From an uncultured Thermoplasmata archaeon (GTDB lineage Archaea > Thermoplasmatota > Thermoplasmata > Lutacidiplasmatales > UBA184), in assembly GCA_963735185.1 (NCBI GenBank), contig CAVTJV010000007.1, positions 872,651-936,650 on the forward strand: DNA of 64,000 nucleotides, in the 5' to 3' direction. Under the pieces are notes generated by a model. The model worked only from the letters and a program-made list of their open reading frames with translations. It did no database searches and was not told the origin of the DNA. A program made the translations under genes and the position numbers. Below are positions 8,772 through 18,289 of this stretch, piece by piece; position 1 is the first letter of the stretch, and each line of letters begins with the position of its first letter.

Positions 8772-10148
8772 TCAGCTCGGGTCCCGCCCGACGAGGTCGT
8801 AGAACCGGTACGCCGCCTCGCCGGCCCCGAAGCAGAACTTCAAGGTCGTGAACCCGCTCTTCAGCTGCGCGGCCGCGCGCGCGACGTCCGCCTCGCTCTT
8901 CCCGCGGTGGAGCAGGTCCTCGAACAGCTCGGCGACCTGTACCATCTCCTTCTCGCGCATCCCGAGCCGGGTGACCTCGGGCGTGCCGAGGCGTAGTCCG
9001 CCGGGGTGCTTCGGGCTCTTGTCACCGGGAAGGAGGTTCTTGTTCGAGATGACCCCCGAGTCCGCGAGCCGCTTCGCCACCCGCTCGCCCCCACCTTCCT
9101 TCTCGACGCGCACGGCGATCGTATGGGAGCGGGTGAACCCGAGGTCGGGCGCGAGCACGTCGAACCCCCGGTCGTGGAGCGCCTGGGCGAGGGCGCGGGC
9201 GTTCGCCACGGTCTGCCGGGCGTACTCCCGCCCGAACTCGATATGCTCCGCGAGGCTGACCGCGAGCGCGGCCATCGCGTTCAGGTGGTGGTTGCTCGTC
9301 ACGCCGGGGAACGCGCCGCCCTGCAGGCGCTTGACGACCAGCGGGTCCTCCATCGAGCCGAGGAGGATCCCGTGCTGGGGGCCCGGGAGGGTCTTGTGCG
9401 TGGAGGCGCTCATCACGGTGCACCCTTCGTGGAGCGGGTCCTGGAACTGGCCTCCGCCGATCAGCCCGAGGACGTGCGCTGCGTCGTACCAGCCGCGGGC
9501 GCCGATCTCCTCGAGGGTGGGTCGCAGCTCCTCGAGCGGCATCGGGAACAGGAAGAGCGAGAGCCCGAACAGACAGACCTTCGGACGGACCGCCCGCAGG
9601 ATCTCCCGCGTGCGCGCGACGTCAATCGTCATCCGCTCCTCGTCCCAGGCGTAGTAGACGGGCTTCACGCCGCGCAGCCCGAACGCGCCGAACGACGCGC
9701 TCGAGATGTGGGCCCCGTCCGCGAGACGGCTCGTCCCGACGAGGTCGCCGGGCTCGGCGAGCGCCTTCAGGACCGCCATGTTGGCGACGGTGCCCGATAT
9801 CGGACGGACGTCCGCGAACGAGCACCGGAAGAGGCGCTTCGCGAGCGCGAGGCAGATCTCCTCGACCTCATCGACCTGCTCGTTCCCCTCGTAGTACCGC
9901 TCGCCGGGAAGCCCCTCGGCGTATCGGGAGTGGAAGTCGCTGATCAGGAGCTCCTTCGCGTACGGCGAGAGGAGGTTCTCGCTCGCGATCAGCGGAATCG
10001 CGTGCTCGAAGCGAGTCGAGTGTCGCCGGACCGCGTCGCGGACGCGGGCGACCGTGGCCGCCATCTCTCCCGGGGCCGCAGGCGGGGTCGCGGACCCACC
10101 CACCCCCCCGCTTCCACTGGAACCGGTGCGTGCCCCCTGCCCTGCCAT
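8772..10148 (-). CDS. glyA: Serine hydroxymethyltransferase (start may be ATG 10064)
   Basis: LIASEN, RYAEGLPGERYYEG, DAAHVLGLI, PLP-lysine motif STHKTLPGPQHG, GLRLGTPEVTRLG. Confidence 0.97.
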   Translation of the reverse strand: MAGQGARTGSSGSGGVGGSATPPAAPGEMAATVARVRDAVRRHSTRFEHAIPLIASENLLSPYAKELLISDFHSRYAEGLPGERYYEGNEQVDEVEEICLALAKRLFRCSFADVRPISGTVANMAVLKALAEPGDLVGTSRLADGAHISSASFGAFGLRGVKPVYYAWDEERMTIDVARTREILRAVRPKVCLFGLSLFLFPMPLEELRPTLEEIGARGWYDAAHVLGLIGGGQFQDPLHEGCTVMSASTHKTLPGPQHGILLGSMEDPLVVKRLQGGAFPGVTSNHHLNAMAALAVSLAEHIEFGREYARQTVANARALAQALHDRGFDVLAPDLGFTRSHTIAVRVEKEGGGERVAKRLADSGVISNKNLLPGDKSPKHPGGLRLGTPEVTRLGMREKEMVQVAELFEDLLHRGKSEADVARAAAQLKSGFTTLKFCFGAGEAAYRFYDLVGRDPS

Positions 10149-10226
10149 GACCCATCCCTCCGGGATCGACTGGGGCGACGTAGCTACTCGAGGCCATATA
10201 GGGACCGTGGCCCTTCTTCCGATGTC

Positions 10227-10685
10227 ATGCCCCCACAGCCCTCACCGGTCACGGGACGTCCCTGGCCGGTCTCCCGACGTTTCTACGTACCGTACCACGA
10301 CCTCGACGTGCTGAACCACCTCAACCACGCCGCCTATTTCGTCTACATGGAAACCCTACGATGCGACTACTACCTACCCCTACTCCACAGCACCGACCCT
10401 ACCCAGATCGACCTCATCATCGCCGAAGCGGCATGCCGCTACCTTGCGCCGGTGGCGTACGGAGCGGAGCTTATCGGAGAGGTTGCGCCGGCACGTCCGC
10501 TCGGCCGCACGAGCTTCACCCTCCTCTACCGCTTCACACTCGCCGGCGCGTCCACCGTCACCGCCCGGGGTCGGACCGTCAGCGTGGTCTATGACTACTC
10601 GAAAGGAGAGAAGCAGGAGATCCCGGCCGAGCGACGGGCCGTTCTCGAACGCGATGCGGTGGACCCTGCGGACGAAGGTTGGTAG
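10227..10685 (+). CDS. Acyl-CoA thioesterase (4HBT/YbgC hotdog family)
   Basis: DLDVLNHLNHAAYFVYME motif; LGRTSFTLLY. Confidence 0.88.
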   Translation: MPPQPSPVTGRPWPVSRRFYVPYHDLDVLNHLNHAAYFVYMETLRCDYYLPLLHSTDPTQIDLIIAEAACRYLAPVAYGAELIGEVAPARPLGRTSFTLLYRFTLAGASTVTARGRTVSVVYDYSKGEKQEIPAERRAVLERDAVDPADEGW

Positions 10686-10724
10686 GAACCCGCTCCACAG
10701 GAAATGGGGGGGTGGGGGGGCGTC

Positions 10725-11027
10725 TCAGAACCCGGGGTGCTCCGGGTCCCGACGCGGCATCGGCGGGGGCCAGGGAATCGGCGCGATGAACCCCGGTTCG
10801 TCCTGGACGGTGGCGACTCGGTAGAGGACCCCGGTTCCCTTGAGCGCCTCGTGGATCTTCGATAGGCGCTCCTGGAACTCTCGCTCGAAGTCCCATTCGA
10901 AGACGAGGTCGTGGTTGCCGATGATGAACGATAGACCGGCGACCGCGCGAAGGCGGTCGGAGAGCTCGAGGGGGGACACGCTCTCGGGCGTGAAGTAGAG
11001 GTCGACGTAGGTGTGCATGGCCGGCAC
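10725..11027 (-). CDS. Small hypothetical protein
   Basis: Globular composition (MHTYVDLYFTPESVSPLELSDRL...); TATA-like TTTAAATA at ~11054-11061 upstream on the minus strand. Confidence 0.75.
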   Translation of the reverse strand: MPAMHTYVDLYFTPESVSPLELSDRLRAVAGLSFIIGNHDLVFEWDFEREFQERLSKIHEALKGTGVLYRVATVQDEPGFIAPIPWPPPMPRRDPEHPGF

Positions 11028-11085
11028 GGTATCGTGAAAACGCGGGCTCCCCCTATTTAAAGCTCCCGCAACGTCCGTCGGGCAT

Positions 11086-11396
11086 GCTAGGCCAGCAGGA
11101 TTGCCGTTCGAACGGACCGCACGGAGACCCCGTGTGCCTCTCGGCCCCGTCGCCCCGCCAGCGTCGACGGGTCACGGTAAGGCTGCTCCCGTCAGGACCT
11201 GACCCGGTGCCCGTGATGGATAGCCGCTAGAGCGCTCCTCCGAGCGCCCGTCGCAACACCCGCGGCCCGGCGGAACAGAGCGTCTGCGAGGCGCCACGAG
11301 ACGCACAATCCGTCCGAACGTCGCTCCTGCCTGTCACCCCCGCTAAGGACGGTTTCGGTGTGTAAGGGGACGCCCAACCCCCCGGTCTAGCCTAGC
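11086..11396 (-). ncRNA. ffs: Archaeal signal recognition particle RNA (7S)
   Basis: 5' GCUAGGCUAGACCGGGGGGUUGGGCGUCCCC...CCGAAACCG resembles the archaeal Alu domain; helix-8 motif UCAGGUCCUGACGGGAGCAGC; 5' GCUAGGC pairs with 3' GCCUAGC; about 311 nt. Confidence 0.92.
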
Positions 11397-11498
11397 GAAG
11401 AGTCGACGCCGGGGCTCGTACATAGCCCTTGGCTAGGTCCGCCGGGCGGTTCGTGGGCCGCCCCGGGCTCGCGGGTCGCCGACCGGTCGGTCGAGGAT

Positions 11499-13876
11499 CT
11501 ATCGGATGTGCTCGAGGGAGAACGACCCGAGGTTGAACGAGCGCTTCGTGAACGTGTAGCCGACCCACGAGCGCGCCTGTGCTTCCCCGATCCCCTTGAT
11601 CGCGAGGAGCGTCTTCATCTGCTCGACCTTGAGGTTGATCGAGCCGTCGACCATGTGCTCGAGGGTCTCGAGGTCGCTCTGGGTGTGCATGCCGCTGTCG
11701 AGCATGTAGTAGCTGACCGCCCCGTCGATCTTCCGCCGTCCCACGAACGGCTGGAGGAACCGGAACGTCGCGGAGGTGTCGAGGTAGGCGGTGACCGTGG
11801 AGACCGACTCGAAGATGAGCCGGTACGTCGAGAACTTCTCCTTGAGCTCCTCCGCGTAGGACCGGACGGTCTCGGAGAGCTGGTCGAGGACGTTCTTGTC
11901 CGTGGAGGAGAGGAACCGGACGCCGACGCCGGTCGGTGTGGCGCCGACCGCGCGGGAGTACAGGTCGGCGTAGCGGAGCATCCCCTTCTTCTCCGCCTCC
12001 GCGAACCCGGGGTAGAGCCCCGCGAGGTCCTCCCGGACCTGGAGGTACGTCTTGTCGGTGATGACCCAGATCGACGGGACCCCGAGCCGGAGCCCCTCGG
12101 CGGAGAAGAGGCGGGCGAGCACGTCCTTTCCCGTGTGCGCCGGTCCGTTGATGAGGATCTGCGAGCCGACGGGGAACCCCCCGTAGAGCAGGTCGTCCAG
12201 GCGCCGGATCCCGCTCTTCACCTTCGTCTCGCTGACCGTCGCGACGGCCTCGGCCTGCATCTTGTTCGCTTCCGCCTCGGCGGTAGCGCCGCTCATCCGC
12301 TCCAGCTCCTGGACCCGCTGGGCCAACTGCCCCTCCCGAGCGCGGAGCTCGGCTTCCTTCTGCGAGAGCTGGTGGCGGAGGTCCTCCATACGGCGGGCCT
12401 CATCGCCCGGCGCCGTGCCGGCCGGGCCCAGCTCGCGGCGCTGTTCCTCGATGCGGCGGGACTGGATATCGAGCGCCTGACGGCGCGTCTGCAGCTGCTG
12501 GTCGAACGCCGCGAGCTCCCCTTCCTTGAACTCGAGCAGTCCGCGACGGCGTTCGTTCTCCTCGGCGTTGATCCGGATCTCCTCGAACCGGGTCCTCAGC
12601 TCGTTCTCGCGGGCGACCAGGTCCCGTTCCTGCTGATGGACCTCCTCGAGGCGACGGGCGAGGTCCTCCGCGACCGGGCCCCGCTCCCCTGTGAGGATCG
12701 ACTCGCAGTCGCGGGCGAGCTCCTTCTGGCTCGAGAGGCTGCGGACGTCGCCCTCGAGCTGCACGATGCGACGGCGGAGCTCCGTCTCCCGCTCGATGAA
12801 CTCGTGCTCGCGCTGCGCGAACTCCTCGCGCAGCCGCTGGTCGAGTTCGCGGGTCGCCTTCTCGACCGCGTCGGCCGCGGTGGCGCTGACCGACGAGGGG
12901 CCTCCGGCCGGGGGCCCGCGGGCGCGGAGGGGGAGGGCGCCCGTTGCCCGTCCACGCCCTCGACGGCGAGGAGGCGGAGCTTGAGCTCGGCGATCTCGTC
13001 GTCCTTCGCGCGCAGCGAGATCTCGCGTTCCTTTGCCTCGTGCGATCGGACGTACTTGATGACGGCGATCGAGCCGCGTTTCACGTGCTCGACCTCGTCC
13101 TCGAGCTGCTTGCGCTTCGTCCGCTCGTCGAACAGCTGGCGCTGGAGGTCCTGGACCTCCTGGATCATCGTCGACGGGTCGAACTGCTCGCTCTTGACCC
13201 GGTCGAGAAGCCCCGTGAGCCACCGCACGACCGTCTCCTCCCGGGCCAGGACGGGGGCGGTCGCCGCGGCCTCGGCCGCGGTCGGAGCGGCCGGGCCCTC
13301 GGTCGGCCCGGGTGAGGAGGGGGTGCTGACGAGCGGGGTCGCGGGCACCAACCGGTCGGTCTCGGAAGCGTGGATCCAATCCTCCATCGCCCGGTCGTCG
13401 CCGTCGACCCACTTCCGCAGGACCTCGGCCGACTCCTTCGGAGCGACCGCGGGCCGTCGGTGGCGGCTCCGGTCGGGGCGACGGACCGTGCCCGCCCAAC
13501 GCTCGACAATCTGGTCCGAGTCGAGGGGCGCGGGTCCCGCCGCCGGCTCGGGCGCCGGCGTGGGAGTAGGTGACGGGGCCGACGGGGCGACGGGCACCGA
13601 GGTCGACTCGGCTACGGGCTCCGGCGTCGTCTCCGCCATCGGGGCCGCCGTCGGCTCCGGTGCGGCGGGCTGAAGCCTCGCCGCCTCCTCTGCGGAGATG
13701 CCGAGGTCGGAGAGCGCCTCGGGGGAGAGTTGCCGGGCGGCGGAGGGGGTGGTGGCACCGGCCTTTACGAGCCGTTCGGCCGCATCGAGACTGACCCCGA
13801 GGGCACGGGCGAGCTCCTCGGCCGGGGCGCTGGCCGGCGCGGCCACCGGGGCAACGGTCTCGGTCGATTCGTCCAT
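11499..13876 (-). CDS. KaiC/RAD55-like ATPase with N-terminal HhH-like, Pro-rich and coiled-coil regions (frameshifted near 12912)
   Basis: C-terminal KSGIRRLDDLLYGGFP, GPAHTGKD, RLIFESVST, LEHMVDGSINL. ORFs 12596..13876 and 11499..13499 join if one base is added to the G5 run at 12910-12914. Confidence 0.85.
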
Positions 13877-14001
13877 GGACGGGGGTTCATTACTAGCAGC
13901 TCGGGGGGTCTTAATAAGTCCGGGCGCGCACGAACCGGCCGCTCCCGCCGGGAGGTCGCGGACCTCTATCGGATAAATACGGACAGCCCTGCGTCTCGGC
14001 G

Positions 14002-15068
14002 ATGGACATCGACGAGCGGCTGGCCCGGATCGTCCGGCACACCGACGAGGTCGTCACCGAAGAGGAGGTGCGCGCCCTCCTCGCCTCTACGGCCCGCCCG
14101 CGGGCGTACATCGGGTTCGAGCCGTCGGGCTCCCTCACGGTCGCCCACCTCATCACGACCCGCAAGGTCCTCGACCTCGCCGAGGCCGGCTGCGACGTCA
14201 CGGTCTTCCTGGCCGACTGGCACGCCTGGATCAACGGCAAGCTCGGTGGCGACCTCGACCGCATCGTCGCGGCGGGACGGTACATGCAGGCGACGTTCTC
14301 TGCGCTCGGCGCCGACACGGAGCACGTCCGCTTCCGGTGGTCGCACGAGCTCACCGGCACCGCCGATTACTGGGCGCGGGTCGTGCGGGTCGCGAAGGCG
14401 ACCAGCCTCGCCCGGACGAAGCGGGCGATGTCGATCATGGGACGGAGCGAGGAGGAGTCGACCCTCGACACTTCCTGGCTCTACTACCCGGCGATGCAGG
14501 TCGCGGACATCTTCGAGCTCCCGGTCGACCTCGCCTACGGGGGCATGGACCAGCGTCGGGGCCACGTCCTGGCCCGGGAGGTCGCGCACCACTACCACTG
14601 GCCGGTGCCGACGGCGGTCCACACCCCTCTCCTCTCGTCCCTGAGGGGTGGGGGCCGGATGGACCCGACCGACGGAACGGTCGAGCGGAAGATGTCGAAG
14701 TCCGACCCGGGTCCGGGATCCCGATCCCGGCGACCCGGGAGCTCATCGCGGAGCGGGTCCAGGGCGCGTTCTGCCCGGCGAAGGAGGTCGACGGGAACCC
14801 GATCGTCGAGGTCGTGCGCTTCATCGTGATGCCGTGGGAGGGTCGCCTCCGCGTCGAGCGTCCGGCGAAGTACGGTGGCCCGCTCGAGTTCACGACCGAG
14901 AAGGAGTTCCTCGCGAGCTGGGCGGCGGGTCTCCTCCATCCCCAGGACCTGAAGGGAGCCGTCACGGAGGCGCTCAACCGGCTCGTCGAGCCGGCTCGGC
15001 GCTACTTCGCATCCCACCCCCAGCTCGCACCGGCCTCGTTCGCGGCCCCCTCTCCCCCGAGCTCCTGA
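14002..15068 (+). CDS. tyrS: Tyrosine--tRNA ligase (frameshifted near 14710)
   Basis: AYIGFEPSG, LADWHAWIN, YYPAMQVADIF, GGMDQRRGH, KMSKS; the C-terminus (AFCP, LHPQDLK) is in the -1 frame and rejoins with one extra G at 14709-14711. Confidence 0.95.
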
Positions 15069-15140
15069 GAGGGCGGGGGTCGGCGGCTTGCGTTCCTCGG
15101 CGAACCCGGGTGGCCGAACGAGGCTGCGTGCGGCGCATCG

Positions 15141-15147
15141 TTAAATA
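15141..15147 (+). promoter_or_regulatory. TATA box of the rpl7ae-rps28e-rpl24e operon
   Basis: TTAAATA in a GC-rich background about 80 nt upstream of ATG 15224. Confidence 0.55.
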
Positions 15148-15223
15148 GCCTAGTCCGTAGACGGCCCCACCCGTGAGCCGAGGACCCCCCGATCCGGGGG
15201 TTCCGCTGACGCGAGGAACGAAG

Positions 15224-15595
15224 ATGGCGCGACCGATTTACGTACGATTCGAGACCCCGAGCGACCTCGCCGACAAAGCCCTCCAGCTCGTTCAGGTGGC
15301 GAGCGAGACCGGGAAGGTCCGGGTCGGCACGAATGAAGTGACCAAGTCGAGCGAGCGGGCGGAGGCGAAGCTCGTGATCATGGCCGAGGACGTCGACCCG
15401 GTCGAGATCCTTGTCCACATTCCGATGCTCTGCGAGGAGAAGCGGATCCCGTACCTCTACGTCCCGAAGAAGCAGCGGCTCGGCCAGTCCGCCGGCCTCT
15501 CGAAGTCCGCCGCGAGCGTGGCGGTCGTGGAGCCGGGCGAGGCCCGAACCCTCCTCGAGGAGCTCACCACGGCGTTCCCGACCCTCAAGAAGTGA
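15224..15595 (+). CDS. rpl7ae: 50S ribosomal protein L7Ae
   Basis: GKVRVGTNEVTKSSER, AEDVDPVEILVHIPMLCEEKRIPY. Confidence 0.97.
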   Translation: MARPIYVRFETPSDLADKALQLVQVASETGKVRVGTNEVTKSSERAEAKLVIMAEDVDPVEILVHIPMLCEEKRIPYLYVPKKQRLGQSAGLSKSAASVAVVEPGEARTLLEELTTAFPTLKK

Positions 15596-15627
15596 GCCGG
15601 TAGCCGAGCGACGAACACGAGGGAACG

Positions 15628-15840
15628 ATGGCGGAAGAGAAGGGCTCGCCGGCCGAGGTCGTCGAGCTCGTCGGCCGTACCGGCATGGCGGGAGAGGCGA
15701 CGCAGGTGAAGGTGCGCGTCCTCGCCGGCCGCGACCGCGGCAAGATCATCACGCGCAACGTCGCCGGGCCGATCCGCCTCGGGGACGTGCTGATCCTCCG
15801 GGAGACGGCGCGCGAGGCGCGCAAGCTCTCCGTCCGGTAG
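15628..15840 (+). CDS. rps28e: 30S ribosomal protein S28e
   Basis: [17 protein letters not shown]...[26 protein letters not shown]. Confidence 0.97.
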   Translation: MAEEKGSPAEVVELVGRTGMAGEATQVKVRVLAGRDRGKIITRNVAGPIRLGDVLILRETAREARKLSVR

Positions 15841-15859
15841 GGAGCGAGGGAGGTCACCG

Positions 15860-16309
15860 ATGGTCGTCAAACGTCAGTGCTCGTTCTGCGCCCAGGAGAT
15901 CGAGCCGGGCACGGGGATGATGTTCGTGAAGCGGGACGGCACCGTCTTCCACTTCTGCACCTCCTCCTGCCGCAAGCAGCAGCTCCATCTCCACCGCGTC
16001 GGCCACCGCTTCAAGTGGACCCGCGCGCACGAACTGAAACGCGCCGCGGACCGTTCGTCCGCCCAGAAGGTCACGTCCGCCGCGCCGGGTCAAAAGGCCG
16101 GCCGGACCCGTTCCGGAGCCCGCCGACCCGTGGTCGCGGCCCCGTCCACCCCGCCCGCCACACCGGCCGTCGAGCCGTCCCCGGTTCCCGAGGCTGCGCC
16201 CCCTGCGAAGGAGGGCGCTCCGAGCCCCGAACCGACGACCCCTTCCCCCGCGCCCGCCGCGAAGCCCCGGCGCCCCCGGAAGAAGGCCGAGCCCACGACC
16301 CCCGAGTGA
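15860..16309 (+). CDS. rpl24e: 50S ribosomal protein L24e with Pro/Ala-rich C-terminal tail
   Basis: CSFCAQEIEPGTGMMFVKRDGTVFHFCTSSCRK...KWT. Confidence 0.95.
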   Translation: MVVKRQCSFCAQEIEPGTGMMFVKRDGTVFHFCTSSCRKQQLHLHRVGHRFKWTRAHELKRAADRSSAQKVTSAAPGQKAGRTRSGARRPVVAAPSTPPATPAVEPSPVPEAAPPAKEGAPSPEPTTPSPAPAAKPRRPRKKAEPTTPE

Positions 16310-16381
16310 GCGCGCCCGCTCCCCCTCGGGATGCCCGTGGAACGGAATCGGTAAGCCCTCGCGCGAGCCGCGTCCCGCCGC

Positions 16382-16645
16382 ATGGGCCCCGACGAGCGCT
16401 GGACCTCCGCGTCCGACCTCGCGGAGTACGTGTATTGCCCCCGCTCGCACTGGTACCGGCATCATCCTCTCGCCGACGGCCCGAGCCGCTCCTCCGAGCG
16501 GAGCACGCTCGTTGGGGTCCGCTACCATAACCGGATCCTGACCGCCGAACGGCACCGCGCCGAACGCGGAGGAACGTACTGGGGCGTGCTCCTCCTCGGC
16601 CTCGCGCTGGTCGCCCTGGGGGTATGGTGGACGTTCCTTCGCTGA
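16382..16645 (+). CDS. N-terminal part of a Cas4-like nuclease with C-terminal TM helix
   Basis: SASDLAEYVYCPR...GVRYH is the Cas4/AddB-like N-terminal motif with the first Fe-S cysteine; followed by WGVLLLGLALVALGVWW. Confidence 0.8.
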   Translation: MGPDERWTSASDLAEYVYCPRSHWYRHHPLADGPSRSSERSTLVGVRYHNRILTAERHRAERGGTYWGVLLLGLALVALGVWWTFLR

Positions 16646-17151
16646 CGGTCCCGGTCCTCGTCGCGGGGGCCGTGGCGGTCGTGGGGGTCGCTCTCGTGGC
16701 GTGGGCGCTCCACGCGCTCTCCCGGCGCCGGGACGACAATGCCCGCGGCCAGCTCGTCGCGGTCGACGCCGGCCGCCCGGCGACGCTCCGGTCGGAACGG
16801 TACGGTCTCGTGGGGCGACCGGACGAACTTCGCCGGCTTCGGGACGGTCGGCTCGTCCCGGTCGAGTTCAAGAGCCGGTCGACCCCGCCGCGGGGCCCGA
16901 CTCCCTCCCACGTGGTCCAGGTCCGCGCGTACTGCCTGCTCGTCGAGGAGACGACCGGGGTCACCCCCCCGTACGGGGTGCTGCGCTACTCGAACGGGGA
17001 GTTCCGGGTCCGGTGGGACGACCGCGCCCGGGACGAGCTCCTGGCGGTCCGGGACCAGCTCCTTCGGCCGTACGACGGACGGGCCACGCCCTCCCGGGCC
17101 CGGTGCGCCCGGTGTCCCTGGTTCGAAGGGTGTGACGCACGGGCCACGTGA
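16624..17151 (+). CDS. cas4: Catalytic part of a Cas4-like PD-(D/E)xK nuclease with N-terminal TM helix
   Basis: TM VPVLVAGAVAVVGVALVAWAL; GRPD, VEFKS, QVRAY and C-terminal CARCPWFEGC. Confidence 0.88.
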   Translation: MVDVPSLTVPVLVAGAVAVVGVALVAWALHALSRRRDDNARGQLVAVDAGRPATLRSERYGLVGRPDELRRLRDGRLVPVEFKSRSTPPRGPTPSHVVQVRAYCLLVEETTGVTPPYGVLRYSNGEFRVRWDDRARDELLAVRDQLLRPYDGRATPSRARCARCPWFEGCDARAT

Positions 17152-17247
17152 GGGCGCGCCGGTCCTCCCCGGGTCCAGGGTGGTGTCGGGAGGAGCCGGG
17201 AGCGCGCGAGCGCGAAACCTTAACCCCCGGTCGGGCTCGGCGGGCCG

Positions 17248-17706
17248 ATGGCCGAAGGGGCGGTCGAGCGGACCTTTGCGCTCGTGAAACCGGACGGAGT
17301 GCGCCGAGGCATGATCGGGGAGATCCTCACCCGGTTCGAACGGAAAGGCCTCAAGATCGTCGCCGTGAAGATGCTCCGGGTGACCCCCGAGCTCGCGCAG
17401 CGCCACTACGCGGAGCACCAGGGCAAGCCGTTCTACCCGGGCCTCGTCCAGCACATCACGTCGGGGCCCGTGGTCGCGCTCGCGATCGAGGGCCGCTCGG
17501 CGATCGCCGTCGTTCGGCTCCTCACGGGGTCGACCAACCCTCAGACCGCGGCCCCCGGCACCGTTCGCGGGGACCTCGCCATCGCGATCACCCCGAACCT
17601 CCTCCACGCTTCCGACTCACCCGCATCGGCCGAGCGGGAGCTCGCGCTCTACTTCACCCCCGAAGAGTACCTTGCCTACTCGCGCGTCGGCGAGGAGTAC
17701 TGCTAG
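17248..17706 (+). CDS. ndk: Nucleoside diphosphate kinase
   Basis: ERTFALVKPDGVRR, HQGKPFY, PGTVRGD, NLLHASDS. Confidence 0.97.
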   Translation: MAEGAVERTFALVKPDGVRRGMIGEILTRFERKGLKIVAVKMLRVTPELAQRHYAEHQGKPFYPGLVQHITSGPVVALAIEGRSAIAVVRLLTGSTNPQTAAPGTVRGDLAIAITPNLLHASDSPASAERELALYFTPEEYLAYSRVGEEYC

Positions 17707-17716
17707 AGCAAGTGCG

Positions 17717-18280
17717 ATGGGGGCCGCGCTCTCGAACGCCGCGAAGGCGCTCCAACGGGGCGGGCTCGTCGTCTACCCGACGGACACCCTCCTCGGTCTC
17801 GGCGCGCTCGCGAGCGACCGCGCCGCCGTGCGGAAGCTGATTGCGGCGAAGGGTCGCTCCCCCTCACAACCCATCTCGGTCTGCGTGAGCTCGACCGAGG
17901 AGGTCGAGCGCTACGCCCTCGTCTCGTCGATGGCCCGTCGGTTCCTGCGGCGCCGTCTCCCCGGACCCTACACGGTCGTTCTGCTCCCGTCCCCCGAGGC
18001 GTACCGTCGGTTCGCGCCGAGCGTGGGCGGGGGCTCGACGATCGGGTTTAGGGTGCCGGACCATCCGGTGGCGCGCGAGCTCGCGCGCGCGGCCGGGCCC
18101 GTGACCGCCACCTCTGCGAACCGGCACGGTGAGCCGCCCGCCCGGACGGTCGCCGAGGCCCGTCGTGCGTTCGGCGGGGCCGTGAGCGTTTACCTACCGG
18201 CGGTCCCTACCGGTTCGGGAGAGCCATCGACCGTGGTCGACCTGATCGGACCCGAACCGCGCGTGGTCGTGAGGAGCTGA
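17717..18280 (+). CDS. tsaC: L-threonylcarbamoyladenylate synthase (YrdC/Sua5 family, single domain)
   Basis: VVYPTDTLLGLG, AKGR, PGPYT, GFRVPDHP, TATSANRHG, PSTVVD. Confidence 0.92.
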   Translation: MGAALSNAAKALQRGGLVVYPTDTLLGLGALASDRAAVRKLIAAKGRSPSQPISVCVSSTEEVERYALVSSMARRFLRRRLPGPYTVVLLPSPEAYRRFAPSVGGGSTIGFRVPDHPVARELARAAGPVTATSANRHGEPPARTVAEARRAFGGAVSVYLPAVPTGSGEPSTVVDLIGPEPRVVVRS

Positions 18281-18289
18281 GGGAACGGC

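Noticed and set aside
14002..15068. tyrS, purH and others as pseudogenes or programmed frameshifts
   Set aside because: All motifs are intact and each break is a single missing base with no slippery heptamer; sequencing error is more parsimonious.
15170..15223. K-turn in the rpl7ae leader for autoregulation
   Set aside because: GUGA and CUGA flank a hairpin, but I could not build a convincing canonical stem, so it is not called.
16060..16309. Pro/Ala/Lys-rich L24e tail as a novel domain
   Set aside because: Low-complexity extensions occur on many proteins in this window and show no motif.
16382..17151. CRISPR-Cas locus implied by cas4
   Set aside because: No repeat-spacer array and no cas1, cas2 or effector genes were seen in the window; this is a solo Cas4-like gene.
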